From: an uncultured Candidatus Saccharibacteria bacterium | GTDB taxonomy: Bacteria > Patescibacteriota > Minisyncoccia > Phycocordibacterales > UBA12088 | Assembly (NCBI GenBank): GCA_964567265.1 | Contig: CAZMLK010000001.1 | Span: forward strand, 15,832 to 79,831 | Length of the DNA stretch: 64,000 bases | Reading direction: 5' to 3' | Shown: positions 18,384-28,133 of the stretch, piece by piece | Numbering within the stretch: position 1 is the first letter of the stretch | How the letters are laid out: each line of letters opens with the position of its first letter | Translations under genes and position numbers: made by a program | The notes under the pieces: model-generated | Databases searched by the model: none | The model's input: the letters and a program-made list of their open reading frames with translations, nothing else | Told to the model about the DNA's origin: nothing

Positions 18384-19626
18384 TCCAGCAGAGCTGGAGG
18401 CTGTAGCCGCCCGACGGGCGATCGATGTCGAGGATGTCCCCGACGAGATAGAGGTTTGGAAAGAGACGCGAGCGCATGGTCTTGAAGTCCACCTCGGAAA
18501 GTGCGACCCCGCCGCTCGCGATGATCGCCTTGTCGAGGCCGAGGAGACCGCTCACATGGAGGGGCATTGCTTTGAGGATATTGATAAGCGCCACGCGCTC
18601 CTCGCGCGTGATCGAGTGGCAGAAGGTGTCGGGATCGATCCCGGCAAGCTCGAGCACGACCGGCGAAAGGGCGGAAGGGAGGAGCTCGCCGAGCGCGTTC
18701 TTGATCTTCTTGTTGTTCGCATGCTCGCGGAGGATTCCCTGGAGCTTCGCATTCAGTTTTTCGGGACCGAGGTCCGGAAGGAGATCGACTGAAAGCGTAA
18801 CCTCGCCATATTTGAGGAGCTCGCCGATATCCGCGCTCATGTTGAGGATGGTGGGGCCGCTCGCGCCGACATGCGTGAAGAGGAGTTTTCCTTTCGCGCT
18901 GTCGTACTTCATCCCGTTCTGGAATACGCTGATCTTCACCGACGCGAGCGTGATGCCCGCGAGCTTCTGGATCCACGGATCGGAAAGGGTAATCGGCACG
19001 AGCGCCGCTTCGCCTTCTTTCACGCGGTGGCCGAGATCCGAAAGCCAGGTGAATCCGTCTCCTGTCGAGCCGGTTTCTGGACGCGACTTGCCGCCGGTCG
19101 CGAGTATATATGAGTGCGCAGAAAGCACCTCGCCGCCCTTCAGTCGGATGCCGGTGATCGCATCCCCTTCTTTCACGAATCCGGTAACGGGGGAGTTGGA
19201 CTGTACGGTTACGGATGTTTCGGCAAGGCGTGTGACCAATACGTCCCAGACCGACTGCGCTCTCTCGGTCTTCGGGAAGGCGCGCTTCGCGGCCTCGATC
19301 TTCGTCTCCATGCCGTGGCTGTTGAAGAATTCGAAAGTGTCAGCAACGCCGAATTGCGAGAACGCGGAAAACAGGAACTGGTCGTTCTTCTCGTCCTTGG
19401 TGTTGAATTTCGAAAGGAATACGCGGCTATCCATTTCCGCGTTGGTCACGTTGCAGCGCCCGCCGCCTGTGATGAGGAGCTTCTTGCCGAGCGTGTCGTT
19501 CTTCTCGAGCAGAAGCACGCGGAGGCCGCGTCCTCCGGCAGTCTGTGCCGCCATCATGCCGGCCGGCCCGCCGCCGATCACGATCACGTCCCAGGCCGCT
19601 TGCTGTTTTTTTGCATCAGTCGTCAC
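18328..19626 (-). CDS. HI0933-like NAD(P)/FAD-dependent flavoprotein (BaiN/aminoacetone oxidase family)
   Basis: N-terminal DVIVIGGGPAGMMAA Rossmann motif, GGGRCNVTN, and the GGYSLQ C-terminal motif. Confidence 0.8.
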   Translation of the reverse strand: MTTDAKKQQAAWDVIVIGGGPAGMMAAQTAGGRGLRVLLLEKNDTLGKKLLITGGGRCNVTNAEMDSRVFLSKFNTKDEKNDQFLFSAFSQFGVADTFEFFNSHGMETKIEAAKRAFPKTERAQSVWDVLVTRLAETSVTVQSNSPVTGFVKEGDAITGIRLKGGEVLSAHSYILATGGKSRPETGSTGDGFTWLSDLGHRVKEGEAALVPITLSDPWIQKLAGITLASVKISVFQNGMKYDSAKGKLLFTHVGASGPTILNMSADIGELLKYGEVTLSVDLLPDLGPEKLNAKLQGILREHANNKKIKNALGELLPSALSPVVLELAGIDPDTFCHSITREERVALINILKAMPLHVSGLLGLDKAIIASGGVALSEVDFKTMRSRLFPNLYLVGDILDIDRPSGGYSLQLCWTTGFVAGEAAGAPISPRA

Positions 19627-19753
19627 CCGGCAATCCTAGCACACCAGAACACGAAAAACGGCAAAAATCACTTTTTTGTGCTAGAATCGAGTTTCATCGT
19701 CTTCTCCTTCCGGCATGAGGCCGCATATGGGCGGGGTATGATGCTACATATAT

Positions 19754-21205
19754 ATGGCACGCGGCGAAGTCATCCTCAGGTTCGAAAAGGTCTCGTTTGA
19801 ATACGGGGTCAACAAGCCCATCCTTCAAGAGGTTGATTTTTCGCTGCGTCGCGGTTCGAAGGTGACCCTCATGGGCCAGAACGGTGCGGGAAAAAGCACC
19901 ATTTTCGAGATGATCACCGGCGAGCGTGTGCCGGAAGAGGGCATCATCCACATCCAGTCAGGGCTCACGATCGCAACCGCGCGCCAGGTCATTCCGCGCG
20001 AGGACCTGGATCTCACGGTGCGCGACTTCTTCCAGAAGTGCTTTGCGCATACCGTCTACGACATCGATCCAAAGATTGATGCGATTCTCGAAGTCGTGAA
20101 TCTCCATGCGCCGCATGATCGCATCATTCGCTCGTTCTCGGGCGGCCAGCAGGCCCGCCTCCTTCTCGCATCCGCACTCATCCAGGATCCCGACCTGCTC
20201 CTCCTCGACGAGCCGACCAACAATCTCGACCATGCCGGCATCGAGCATCTCACCGATTTCCTCAAGAAATACAAGAAGAGCGTCATCGTGATCTCCCACG
20301 AAGCCGACTTCCTGAACGCGTTCACCGAGGGCGTGCTCTATCTCGACGTGTTCACGAAAAAAATCGAGCAGTATACCGGAAACTACATCGACCTCCTCGC
20401 GGAGATCAGCGCTCGTGTTGAGAAAGAGAACCGCAAGAACGCGCAGCTCGCGAAAGAGATCCAGGAGAACAAGGATAAGGCGAACTTCTTCGCGAACAAA
20501 GGTGGCGGCATGCGTCTCGTCGCGAAACGAATGCGCGAGAAGGCTGAGGCGCTCGAAGAAGAGAAAGTGGATGTGCGCAAAGAAGACCGCACCATCCGCT
20601 CCTTCGTGATCCCATGCCAGCCGGATTTGTCCGGTGAGCTCGTGAATATTTCTTCCTGCCATATCATCAAGAACCATAAGCCGGTGGTCCGGAAGGTGAA
20701 GGTCTCGCTCGCGAAGAACCAGCATCTCCTCATCAAGGGACCGAACGGCATCGGGAAGTCGACGCTTCTTGAAGCGCTCGCGCACGAGACCGAGAAGGGC
20801 GCGGTGATTACTCCGGGCACCAAGGTCGGCTACTATCGCCAGGATTTCTCGACGCTTATTTTTGAAAATACGGTGTACCAGGAACTCGCGTCCGTCATGG
20901 ATCGCGAGAATGAGGAGACCTTGCGCGCGGTCGCCTCCGGATTCCTCCTCAAGGACGAGGTCATCAAGACGAAGATCGGTCTCCTCTCGGAAGGGCAGAA
21001 GGGGTTGGTCGCATTCGCGCAGCTCGTCCTCCTCAAGCCCGGACTCCTCATCCTCGACGAGCCGACCAACCACATCAACTTCCGCCACCTTCCGGTCATC
21101 GCCGAAGCCCTCGACAAGTACCAGGGCGCGATGATCCTGGTATCCCACGTTCCTGAGTTCGTGAAGCAGATCCGCATAGACGAGACGCTGGATCTGGAGA
21201 AATAA
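19754..21205 (+). CDS. ABC-F family ATPase (tandem ABC domains, no TM domain)
   Basis: Two Walker A motifs (GQNGAGKST, GPNGIGKST), two signatures (LSGGQQARLLLA, LSEGQKGLVAFA) and two Walker B motifs (LLLDEPTN, LILDEPTN). Confidence 0.8.
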   Translation: MARGEVILRFEKVSFEYGVNKPILQEVDFSLRRGSKVTLMGQNGAGKSTIFEMITGERVPEEGIIHIQSGLTIATARQVIPREDLDLTVRDFFQKCFAHTVYDIDPKIDAILEVVNLHAPHDRIIRSFSGGQQARLLLASALIQDPDLLLLDEPTNNLDHAGIEHLTDFLKKYKKSVIVISHEADFLNAFTEGVLYLDVFTKKIEQYTGNYIDLLAEISARVEKENRKNAQLAKEIQENKDKANFFANKGGGMRLVAKRMREKAEALEEEKVDVRKEDRTIRSFVIPCQPDLSGELVNISSCHIIKNHKPVVRKVKVSLAKNQHLLIKGPNGIGKSTLLEALAHETEKGAVITPGTKVGYYRQDFSTLIFENTVYQELASVMDRENEETLRAVASGFLLKDEVIKTKIGLLSEGQKGLVAFAQLVLLKPGLLILDEPTNHINFRHLPVIAEALDKYQGAMILVSHVPEFVKQIRIDETLDLEK

Positions 21206-21334
21206 TCTGGAGGACACGCAGAAAAAAGCGGAGACGCTTTGCGTCCCCGCTTTTTTCTGGACAGCTATTTAAAATATGGCATCATGTTTTGCGGACCGCA
21301 TTTCGCGGAATCCGCCAATACGGAAGAGTGACCA

Positions 21335-22495
21335 ATGCGTATCACCAGGTTTTTTCCGGCAATGTCCACGGTGCTCATTCTTTGTTTCGGGGTCGCATCA
21401 TCTGTGCATGCCGCAGATCCCATCTTTACTGATGTCATCGGCTCCACCGGCATGTCGTATACCGGGGGCACTGAAGGGGATGGATCCGTCCTCGGCTTCA
21501 ATGGGAAACGGGTTGTTCTCCTGTCCCGACATGGAGGTGCTCCGTGGAAGGGGTTCTTTCTTGGCAAGGCAATACCTGACTTCGCCTTCGCATTGCCGAC
21601 ACGAGATCGCCACGGATGCACCGCTGCGGATCTCGCAGGTCTGGATGCGAGCGGCAATCTTACGGGTCCGGATGGCAAGGACGATCTGTTCTGCCAGATC
21701 GGAGCGTGCCAGGGGACCTGCACGAAAGCCTATCCGAAGGAGCTCTGGATTCAGACTCCGACGGGCTTCATTGATAAGGCATCTGCCGCGCGTGTCGATG
21801 ATCCGCATGCACGGGGACGTGACTCCGCATCCTATCGCTTGCCTGACGGTACGCGTATCCTTGTGACCGCGAATGAGACTTCATCGCTGTTTCCTCAGTT
21901 GTCCGTGCACAAGGTGTATCACGTGCACGGGGGCGTTTTCTCTCCGATTCAACTCGTCGGGATACAGCCGGTTACGAGCGCGTTCCAATGCGTAGTCACG
22001 GTGCCGCATGGCAGCGGCTATCCGGACTTGTTCTTTTGCCAAAACAATAAGGCGACCGCATATCGCTATAACGGCAGCGCATATGCGGTCACGGATGCAT
22101 ACCCCGGGATCGCAGCTCGAGACTTGGCGGTTTCGGGAAATGATGTCATTGCAACGACTGCCACGGGCGTTTTTATTCTCCGTGCAGGGAAGTGGGCAAA
22201 AATCGCTGCGCTTGTCGACGGTGCGCGCGTAACCACCGGCGATATGGATTGCAACGGCACTCCGGATATCATCGTCACGGTCGCCAAGGGGGGAGGCAAT
22301 CACCACAAGGTGTTTCTTAACAATAGTGGCGGCACATACCGTGCTGTGGCGCTTCCCGCAGGCAACGGTACGAATGGCGACACGCCCACGTTCGTTCCAA
22401 ATTGGGACGGGAAGGGACACCCTGCCGTTGGGATCACGAACGGCATGTGGGGTTCCGGCGCTGACCAGTGGATTACGAGTTCCTGTACGCGCTGA
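21335..22495 (+). CDS. Secreted protein with FG-GAP/VCBS-like repeat
   Basis: Signal peptide MRITRFFPAMSTVLILCFGVASSVHA. GDMDCNGTPDIIV motif. Confidence 0.5.
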   Translation: MRITRFFPAMSTVLILCFGVASSVHAADPIFTDVIGSTGMSYTGGTEGDGSVLGFNGKRVVLLSRHGGAPWKGFFLGKAIPDFAFALPTRDRHGCTAADLAGLDASGNLTGPDGKDDLFCQIGACQGTCTKAYPKELWIQTPTGFIDKASAARVDDPHARGRDSASYRLPDGTRILVTANETSSLFPQLSVHKVYHVHGGVFSPIQLVGIQPVTSAFQCVVTVPHGSGYPDLFFCQNNKATAYRYNGSAYAVTDAYPGIAARDLAVSGNDVIATTATGVFILRAGKWAKIAALVDGARVTTGDMDCNGTPDIIVTVAKGGGNHHKVFLNNSGGTYRAVALPAGNGTNGDTPTFVPNWDGKGHPAVGITNGMWGSGADQWITSSCTR

Positions 22496-22601
22496 CCGAG
22501 CAGAAATATATAAATATAGAGACATGATGGTTCGCGGCAGGGGATTTCCCCTGCCGCTTTTCTTTTCGGAACGCAGGGTGCCGCTTGAGCGCGCATCTGT
22601 T

Positions 22602-23402
22602 ATGCTTGAGAGACTGCTCATGGATGCTCCCGAACGACAAAAGAAGGATCTTAGCGTGTTCTTCGCAAGCGTATTCTTCGTGCTGGGCTTCTCGCTCGTA
22701 TTCTCGCTGGTCGGGGTTCTCCTCCAGACCGTGCTCGCGAATGTCTCGTATGAGGCGCAGATGTGGCTCGGACGGATCGGAGGCGTCGTGATCATCCTCT
22801 TCGGACTCTTTCTCCTCGGGCTCGTGACTCCGGAATTTTTAGAGCGTGATCACAAGATCGCGGTCAAGACGAGATTCAAATCCGCCTATCTCACCTCGTT
22901 CGTGTTCGGTGCCGCGTTCGCGGTTGGCTGGACGCCGTGCGTCTCGGCCGCGCTCGGCGCCATCCTCACGCTCGCCGCGACGAACGCGGGAAGCGCATTC
23001 TTCCTCCTCGCTGCGTACACGCTTGGCATCGGCATCCCGTTCCTGCTCGTCGGCTATTTCACGAGCCAAGCGGAGGCGCTCATCAATCGTGCAGGCAAGT
23101 GGCTCGAATATTTCCAGTATGTCTTCGGCGCCTTCCTGATTGTGATCGGCATCCTCATCTTCACGGGAGAGCTCAGCCGCATCGCGAATTTCCAAGTGCT
23201 CACCGGTTTCCTTACTTCCCTGAATATTGGCACGTCGGCAGGCGGGAACATCTCGTCGCTCAGCCTCATCAATATCGGAATCGCGTTCATCGCCGGGCTC
23301 GGTTCGTTCTTCAGTCCCTGCATCCTGCCCATCATTCCCGGCTTCCTCTCGTATCTCGCGTCGACCGCAGTCCCGAAAAAAACAGAACACACAACAACAT
23401 GA
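22602..23402 (+). CDS. ccdA: Cytochrome c-type biogenesis protein CcdA (DsbD transmembrane-domain family)
   Basis: Conserved GWTPCV and FFSPCILPIIPGFLSY Cys motifs within 6 TM helices. Start at MLERLL (ATG 22602). Confidence 0.75.
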   Translation: MLERLLMDAPERQKKDLSVFFASVFFVLGFSLVFSLVGVLLQTVLANVSYEAQMWLGRIGGVVIILFGLFLLGLVTPEFLERDHKIAVKTRFKSAYLTSFVFGAAFAVGWTPCVSAALGAILTLAATNAGSAFFLLAAYTLGIGIPFLLVGYFTSQAEALINRAGKWLEYFQYVFGAFLIVIGILIFTGELSRIANFQVLTGFLTSLNIGTSAGGNISSLSLINIGIAFIAGLGSFFSPCILPIIPGFLSYLASTAVPKKTEHTTT

Positions 23403-24538
23403 CCGGAACGAAACGAAATATAACGCTTGCCATCGTCGTTGCTCTGATTGTCGGGAGTATCTGGTATCTGCAGTCGGGTAAGCCGGATCGAATCACGTCG
23501 GATGGTGCCGATGTTGCTGCAACGACCACAACGGCGAACGCGGCGGAGAAGGCTGCGAAGTATTCGCGCGCAAAGGAGCTTGCTGGCATCACCGGCTACC
23601 TCAATACTGAGCCCTTCAAGCTCGCGGATCTCATCGGCAAGAAAGTGATCCTCCTCGACTTTTGGACCTACAGCTGCATCAACTGCCAGCGCACGATCCC
23701 GCATCTCAAGGAATGGTATGCGAAGTACAAGGATAAGGGGTTCACCATTGTCGCCGTGCATACACCTGAATTCGATTTCGAGAAAGATATCGCGAACGTA
23801 AAAAAAGCGGTGGTGGATGCAGGTATCGAATATCCAGTCGTCCTTGATAGCGACTACGGGACATGGAGCGCGTACAATAACCGCTTCTGGCCGCGCGAAT
23901 TCCTGATCGACATCGATGGCTTCGTGGTCCACGACCACATCGGCGAGGGCGGCTACGATGAGACCGAAGCGACCATTCAGAAACTGCTCAAGGAGCGCGC
24001 GATCGCCCTCAGTGATCCGGTCACCATCACGGACGCCGTCACGTCGCCGAGCCGGGATGACATCCAGGCTTCGAGCCCTGAAACGTATTTCGGCTCGGCG
24101 AGGAACGAGACATTGGGGAACGGGGTTCCGGGGCTCGCGGGCACGCAGACGCTTCTTGAGCCGGTGACCGTGAAGCCGAATACGCTCTATTTGATCGGCA
24201 CCTGGGATTTCAATCCGGAATATGCAGCCACGTCCGCGACTGTCGGTACCGCCGCAGTCGGGGCTGACCGCATCAACTACCGCTACCAGGCGAAACGAGT
24301 CTACCTGGTCGCGGGCTCGCAGAAGAAAGCGGCTGATATCGAAGTCATGCGTGACGGGAAACCGATCGAGGAACGCGTGAAAGGAAAGGACATCTTCTAC
24401 AAGAATGGGAGGAGCTACGTGAAAGTCAGCGGCACGACGCTCTACACCGTCATCGAGGACCAGGCTGAAGGAGATCACTTTCTCGAATTCATCGTCAGTG
24501 ATCCCGGTGTCCAGATATTCACATTCACCTTTGGATAA
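23399..24538 (+). CDS. TlpA/ResA-like thiol:disulfide oxidoreductase (thioredoxin fold) with long C-terminal extension
   Basis: ATGA start/stop overlap with ccdA. N-terminal TM anchor. WTYSCINCQ CxxC motif inside a thioredoxin-like core. ~180-aa C-terminal domain of unknown function. Confidence 0.7.
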   Translation: MTGTKRNITLAIVVALIVGSIWYLQSGKPDRITSDGADVAATTTTANAAEKAAKYSRAKELAGITGYLNTEPFKLADLIGKKVILLDFWTYSCINCQRTIPHLKEWYAKYKDKGFTIVAVHTPEFDFEKDIANVKKAVVDAGIEYPVVLDSDYGTWSAYNNRFWPREFLIDIDGFVVHDHIGEGGYDETEATIQKLLKERAIALSDPVTITDAVTSPSRDDIQASSPETYFGSARNETLGNGVPGLAGTQTLLEPVTVKPNTLYLIGTWDFNPEYAATSATVGTAAVGADRINYRYQAKRVYLVAGSQKKAADIEVMRDGKPIEERVKGKDIFYKNGRSYVKVSGTTLYTVIEDQAEGDHFLEFIVSDPGVQIFTFTFG

Positions 24539-24560
24539 CTTAATAGCGTAAGAAAAACGT

Positions 24561-24956
24561 ATGGATAGAGAACACATGCCGAAGACGGACGAGGAGTGGA
24601 AGACGGTGCTGACGCCAGAACAGTATGAAGTCATGCGTGGCGGCGGGACGGAGGCGCCGTTCACAGGAAAATACGTGCACGAAAAGGAAGACGGCATGTA
24701 CACGTGCGCGGCCTGCGGGAATCCGCTATTTTCATCGGACACCAAGTTCGATTCGGGAACCGGCTGGCCGAGCTTCGATGAGGCTCTCCCTGGAGCAGTC
24801 GAGCATCGTCAGGACAATTCCCACGGGATGGTTCGGACGGAAGTCGTCTGTACGAAGTGCGGCTCGCACCTTGGGCATCTTTTCGACGACGGGCCAACCG
24901 ATACGGGAAAGCGGTACTGCCTGAACTCGGTCTGCCTCGATCTGGAGGGAAAGTAA
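24561..24956 (+). CDS. msrB: Peptide-methionine (R)-S-oxide reductase MsrB
   Basis: CAACGNPLF...GWPSF...[31 protein letters not shown]: zinc-binding CxxC pairs plus the catalytic Cys/His motif. Confidence 0.85.
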   Translation: MDREHMPKTDEEWKTVLTPEQYEVMRGGGTEAPFTGKYVHEKEDGMYTCAACGNPLFSSDTKFDSGTGWPSFDEALPGAVEHRQDNSHGMVRTEVVCTKCGSHLGHLFDDGPTDTGKRYCLNSVCLDLEGK

Positions 24957-25082
24957 CTTTTTTCCAGGGGGCAAAAAGAAGAGAAAAACGAAAAGGGTCG
25001 CGCTTCGCGCGACCCTTTTCGTTTTTCAAAAATGTGGTATAGTCTTCCCAGTATTCAGCACCCTGACCTTGAGGAGACGGCC

Positions 25083-25421
25083 ATGCACTGTGGTCGGCCA
25101 AAACGTAAACTCGAAGCGCGCGTGCGTACCATCGAGACCGTCCAGACGACAATTGATTTTGCGCTCTTCATCGAACGCGCACTCAAACGGAACCCCTCTG
25201 AAAGCCTTCTCCAGGAACTCTCCGAGTTTCCGTTGCCCGGGAGCATCCTTCGCGCAATGAGGCGCCGATGCCGCGGACGTCGGGCAGCACTCATCCGGCT
25301 GGTAGAGATTGCGAATGATTCGCTTGAGCTCCAGCGCACCCTTATGCACTTCCTTGCGCCAGGGTACCGACTTCGCGATGATCAAACCGCCGTACCTGCA
25401 TTCCTCAATCGTGCCGCTTGA
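25083..25421 (+). CDS. Hypothetical protein (Arg-rich)
   Basis: Followed directly by a plus-strand intrinsic terminator. The competing antisense ORF 25026..25427 would start inside that hairpin. Confidence 0.3.
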   Translation: MHCGRPKRKLEARVRTIETVQTTIDFALFIERALKRNPSESLLQELSEFPLPGSILRAMRRRCRGRRAALIRLVEIANDSLELQRTLMHFLAPGYRLRDDQTAVPAFLNRAA

Positions 25422-25426
25422 CGACA

Positions 25427-25466
25427 CCGGCCGTACTCGCTTGAAGCGAGTACGGCCGGTTTTTCA
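25427..25466 (+). terminator. Rho-independent terminator
   Basis: ccggccgtactcgcttgaagcgagtacggccgg followed by ttttt. Confidence 0.6.
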
Positions 25467-25486
25467 TTTCATCTAAAATCAAGACA

Positions 25487-25828
25487 CTAGATATCCTTCC
25501 CGTTGTACGGAGTAAGCGTCAGGGAATCGAGATCCACGCCGTCGAGGCAGCGGACATTGATGGCCGCCTTCGGAAAGGTGACACCTTCTGCAAATGACTG
25601 CGTGCCGCAGATGCGGCAGAACAGATGGCGAATCGTTTTCTTATTGAACAGATATTCCACCAGCTGATCTTCTCCCCTCAGAAGGGTGAACACGTCCTTG
25701 TCTACGAAGTTGAGCAGGAGTCCTTTCTTCGAGCAATGCGAGCAGTTGCACACGAGCACTTTTTCCAAACTGGTTTCGACTTCATATCTCACCGCTCCGC
25801 AGTGGCATCCGCCAGTGTATGTTTTCAT
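25487..25828 (-). CDS. GFA-family (glutathione-dependent formaldehyde-activating / CENP-V-like) zinc protein
   Basis: GGCHCGAVRYEV...CNCSHC...CRICG are the characteristic GFA Cys ligands. Confidence 0.75.
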   Translation of the reverse strand: MKTYTGGCHCGAVRYEVETSLEKVLVCNCSHCSKKGLLLNFVDKDVFTLLRGEDQLVEYLFNKKTIRHLFCRICGTQSFAEGVTFPKAAINVRCLDGVDLDSLTLTPYNGKDI

Positions 25829-25938
25829 GGCGACATGATATCACTCTCCCGCAGTGATTGTCATGAAGCGGGCGGGGCGACGGAGTTCGGGGATAACTGC
25901 ATTCAATCCAAATCAAAACGACTGCTATACTTTCGGCA

Positions 25939-27054
25939 ATGGCAAAAACTACTACGCCGAAGTGGAGCTTTATTTCTAAATATAATTTGAAGGCTGAGAA
26001 TGCGCCGAAGATCGCGGTCGTTGCGATCATCGGCATGGCGGTACTGGTATTCGTCGTTTCGTTGGTGAGCGCTTCCATCCATGCGCTCTTCGGAGAGAGC
26101 GGGGTAGCAATGGTTGAGCCGATGATGGGCGGTACGGGCATGGGATTCTCGAAGGGCGGATACGATGAGTACGGCGGGGGGTATGCTGAGCCGTCGTATG
26201 CCGACGACGGCGGCGGATACGGCACTGACATGATGCCCTCGCTTTCCACCCGCAATGTGGCAGGCATTGCGCCCATGCCTCCGATATACTACGGCGGCAC
26301 TTCCGGGAATACGGCAGAGCAGTACGAAGTCACCGATTACAGCGCCTATATCGAGACCGGGAATCACGAAGGCGCATGCGGCGCGCTCTCTGACCTCAAG
26401 CGGGAAGACTACGTCATCTTCGAGAACGCAAGCGAGTCGGACACCGGCTGCTCATACATGTTCAAGGTGGAGCATGCCCATGTGGAAGAGATCCTCGCGG
26501 CGCTCAAGTCCTTGAATCCAAAAGATCTCTCGACCAATACCTATACGATCAAGAGCGAGCTCGATGACTTCACGAACCAGACGGAGATCCTCGAGACCAA
26601 GGCGGCATCGATCGACAAGACCTTGAAGGAAGCGCTCGCAGCGTATGACGAGATCGCGAAGCTCGCGTCGAAGACTCAGGATGCGGAGAGCCTTGCGCGC
26701 ACTATCGAGAGCAAGATGCAGCTCATCGAGCGCTTGACCATGGAACGCGTGCAGATCAACGAGCAGTTGAAGATGCTCGCGCGCTCAGAGGCAGATGAGA
26801 TGGATCGATTGCAATACGCGCGCTTCAACGTGAGCGTCTACGAGAATGCCTACGTCGACTTCTCCGGTATCAAGGATTCGTGGCGGTATGCGATCCAGGA
26901 CTTTTTCTTGATTGTGAACGAGTCGTTGCAGAACGCGACCATCTATCTCCTCGCAGCGCTCTTCGCCCTCATCCCGTACGTATTCGGTTTCTTCTTGCTT
27001 CTCCTCGCGGCGAAGTACGGTTGGCGGAGCGTGCGATATCTGTGGAAGCAGTAG
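25939..27054 (+). CDS. DUF4349-like membrane-anchored protein with coiled-coil
   Basis: N-terminal TM, a Gly/Tyr-rich low-complexity segment, a coiled-coil region, and a C-terminal TM (IYLLAALFALIPYVFGFFLLLLAA). Confidence 0.45.
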   Translation: MAKTTTPKWSFISKYNLKAENAPKIAVVAIIGMAVLVFVVSLVSASIHALFGESGVAMVEPMMGGTGMGFSKGGYDEYGGGYAEPSYADDGGGYGTDMMPSLSTRNVAGIAPMPPIYYGGTSGNTAEQYEVTDYSAYIETGNHEGACGALSDLKREDYVIFENASESDTGCSYMFKVEHAHVEEILAALKSLNPKDLSTNTYTIKSELDDFTNQTEILETKAASIDKTLKEALAAYDEIAKLASKTQDAESLARTIESKMQLIERLTMERVQINEQLKMLARSEADEMDRLQYARFNVSVYENAYVDFSGIKDSWRYAIQDFFLIVNESLQNATIYLLAALFALIPYVFGFFLLLLAAKYGWRSVRYLWKQ

Positions 27055-27070
27055 GGTTCGAGCAGGTAAC

Positions 27071-27115
27071 GAAAATCCGCGCCGTCTCCCAAAAGGGAGA
27101 CGGCGCGGTTCGTTC
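27071..27115. terminator. Bidirectional terminator between convergent genes
   Basis: ccgcgccgtctccc-aaaa-gggagacggcgcgg followed by ttcgttct. Confidence 0.55.
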
Positions 27116-27126
27116 TGGGTACGAAT

Positions 27127-27597
27127 TCATCGTCCCCGATACGGCGGAACTCCTTGGTCCGGAAGCCAGAGCCCTTCCGGCGGCGCGCCCGTCTGGTAGA
27201 ACACGTCGATGGGGATGCCGCCGCGCGGATACCAGTATCCGCCGATGCGGAGCCAGGTCGGCTTGATGCATGCGGCAATCCGGAGGGCAATCATGATGGT
27301 GCACCCTTCGTGGAAGCTTCCATGATTCCGGAACGAGCCCAGAAAGAGTTTCAATGACTTGCTCTCGAGAAGCGCTCGGTCGGGAACATAGTCGATAACG
27401 ATGTGCGCGAAGTCGGGCTGGCCGGTTACGGGACAGAGCGAGGTGAACTCAGGACAGCTGAAGCGTGCGAGGTACGCCGTGCCCGGATACGGATTAGGCA
27501 CACTTTCGAGAATCGCTGCCTCGGGCGATGAGGGGATGCTCGACGCGTGCCCCAGCTGAACGAGATCTGCTGGAAGTATCTTTTCGGTCGATTGCAT
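27127..27597 (-). CDS. queF: NADPH-dependent 7-cyano-7-deazaguanine reductase QueF (YkvM-type)
   Basis: [15 protein letters not shown] and [14 protein letters not shown] signature motifs. Start at MQSTEKIL (ATG 27597), preceded by an AGGAAG ribosome-binding site. The track ORF is N-terminally over-extended. Confidence 0.85.
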   Translation of the reverse strand: MQSTEKILPADLVQLGHASSIPSSPEAAILESVPNPYPGTAYLARFSCPEFTSLCPVTGQPDFAHIVIDYVPDRALLESKSLKLFLGSFRNHGSFHEGCTIMIALRIAACIKPTWLRIGGYWYPRGGIPIDVFYQTGAPPEGLWLPDQGVPPYRGR

Positions 27598-27704
27598 TAC
27601 TTGCTTCCTTTGCTGGTGCTTGCAGGATACTAACACAGAAGGTTTACCTGTCCACGGGCGCGGGCCGTCGCGCCGAACAGCCGGAAAAGTGCTAGGCTTT
27701 CGGT

Positions 27705-28133
27705 ATGAAACAACTGTTCCAGAAACATAAGCAGCGGCTCTTATATATCGCACTCGGGGCGTCGCTCATGTGGGCCTTCCTCAGCATCCTCCTCTTCTTC
27801 AGCGATTACCGACGGCTCCATCAGGGGGGATTCCTCCCCGGTCCACGAGGGTGGGGGCACCCGCACGGCCGCCCGGCGGCGGGACCGGCTGAGATCGATC
27901 ATCTCCAGGCATGGGTCACCTTCTCCTTCGTCAATCATATGTTCAATCTCCCGCCCGAATATCTAGAAGGAGAGCTCGCGATCACGGGAAGCACCTATCC
28001 AAACATGACCATCGCGGAAGCGGCCAAAGAGGAGGGGATTCCCGCTGACGTTTTCCTCAAGAAGGTGCAGGAACTGCTCCGGGCAACGATCACGCCGCCG
28101 CCGCTAACTGCGACGACGACCCCGACACCGTAA
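27705..28133 (+). CDS. Hypothetical membrane-anchored protein
   Basis: One TM helix and a C-terminal Pro/Thr-rich tail. Confidence 0.4.
   Translation: MKQLFQKHKQRLLYIALGASLMWAFLSILLFFSDYRRLHQGGFLPGPRGWGHPHGRPAAGPAEIDHLQAWVTFSFVNHMFNLPPEYLEGELAITGSTYPNMTIAEAAKEEGIPADVFLKKVQELLRATITPPPLTATTTPTP

Noticed and set aside
18212-19639. ORFs 18212..18976 (-) and 18476..19639 (+) of 254-387 aa
   Set aside because: Both overlap the HI0933-like flavoprotein gene (18328..19626), which has clear Rossmann and family motifs. The alternatives are Arg/Ser-rich low-complexity translations.
19958-21217. 419-aa antisense ORF opposite the ABC-F gene
   Set aside because: The ABC-F gene has two complete Walker A / signature / Walker B sets on the plus strand. 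The antisense ORF has no motif and is Glu/Arg/Leu low-complexity.
23054-24745. 563-aa minus-strand ORF spanning tlpA and msrB
   Set aside because: It is antisense to two genes with unambiguous catalytic motifs (CxxC thioredoxin and the MsrB zinc-binding CxxC pairs). It has no homology features.
25026-25427. 133-aa minus-strand ORF competing with plus-strand 25083..25421
   Set aside because: Its start codon would sit immediately inside a plus-strand intrinsic terminator hairpin (25427..25466). I favoured the plus-strand ORF, which is terminated by that hairpin. Neither has recognisable homology, so confidence in either is low.
27598-27704. Possible preQ1 riboswitch in the queF leader
   Set aside because: I could not find the conserved preQ1-I (hairpin + A-rich tail with CUA) or preQ1-II features by eye. 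It is left as unconfirmed rather than annotated.
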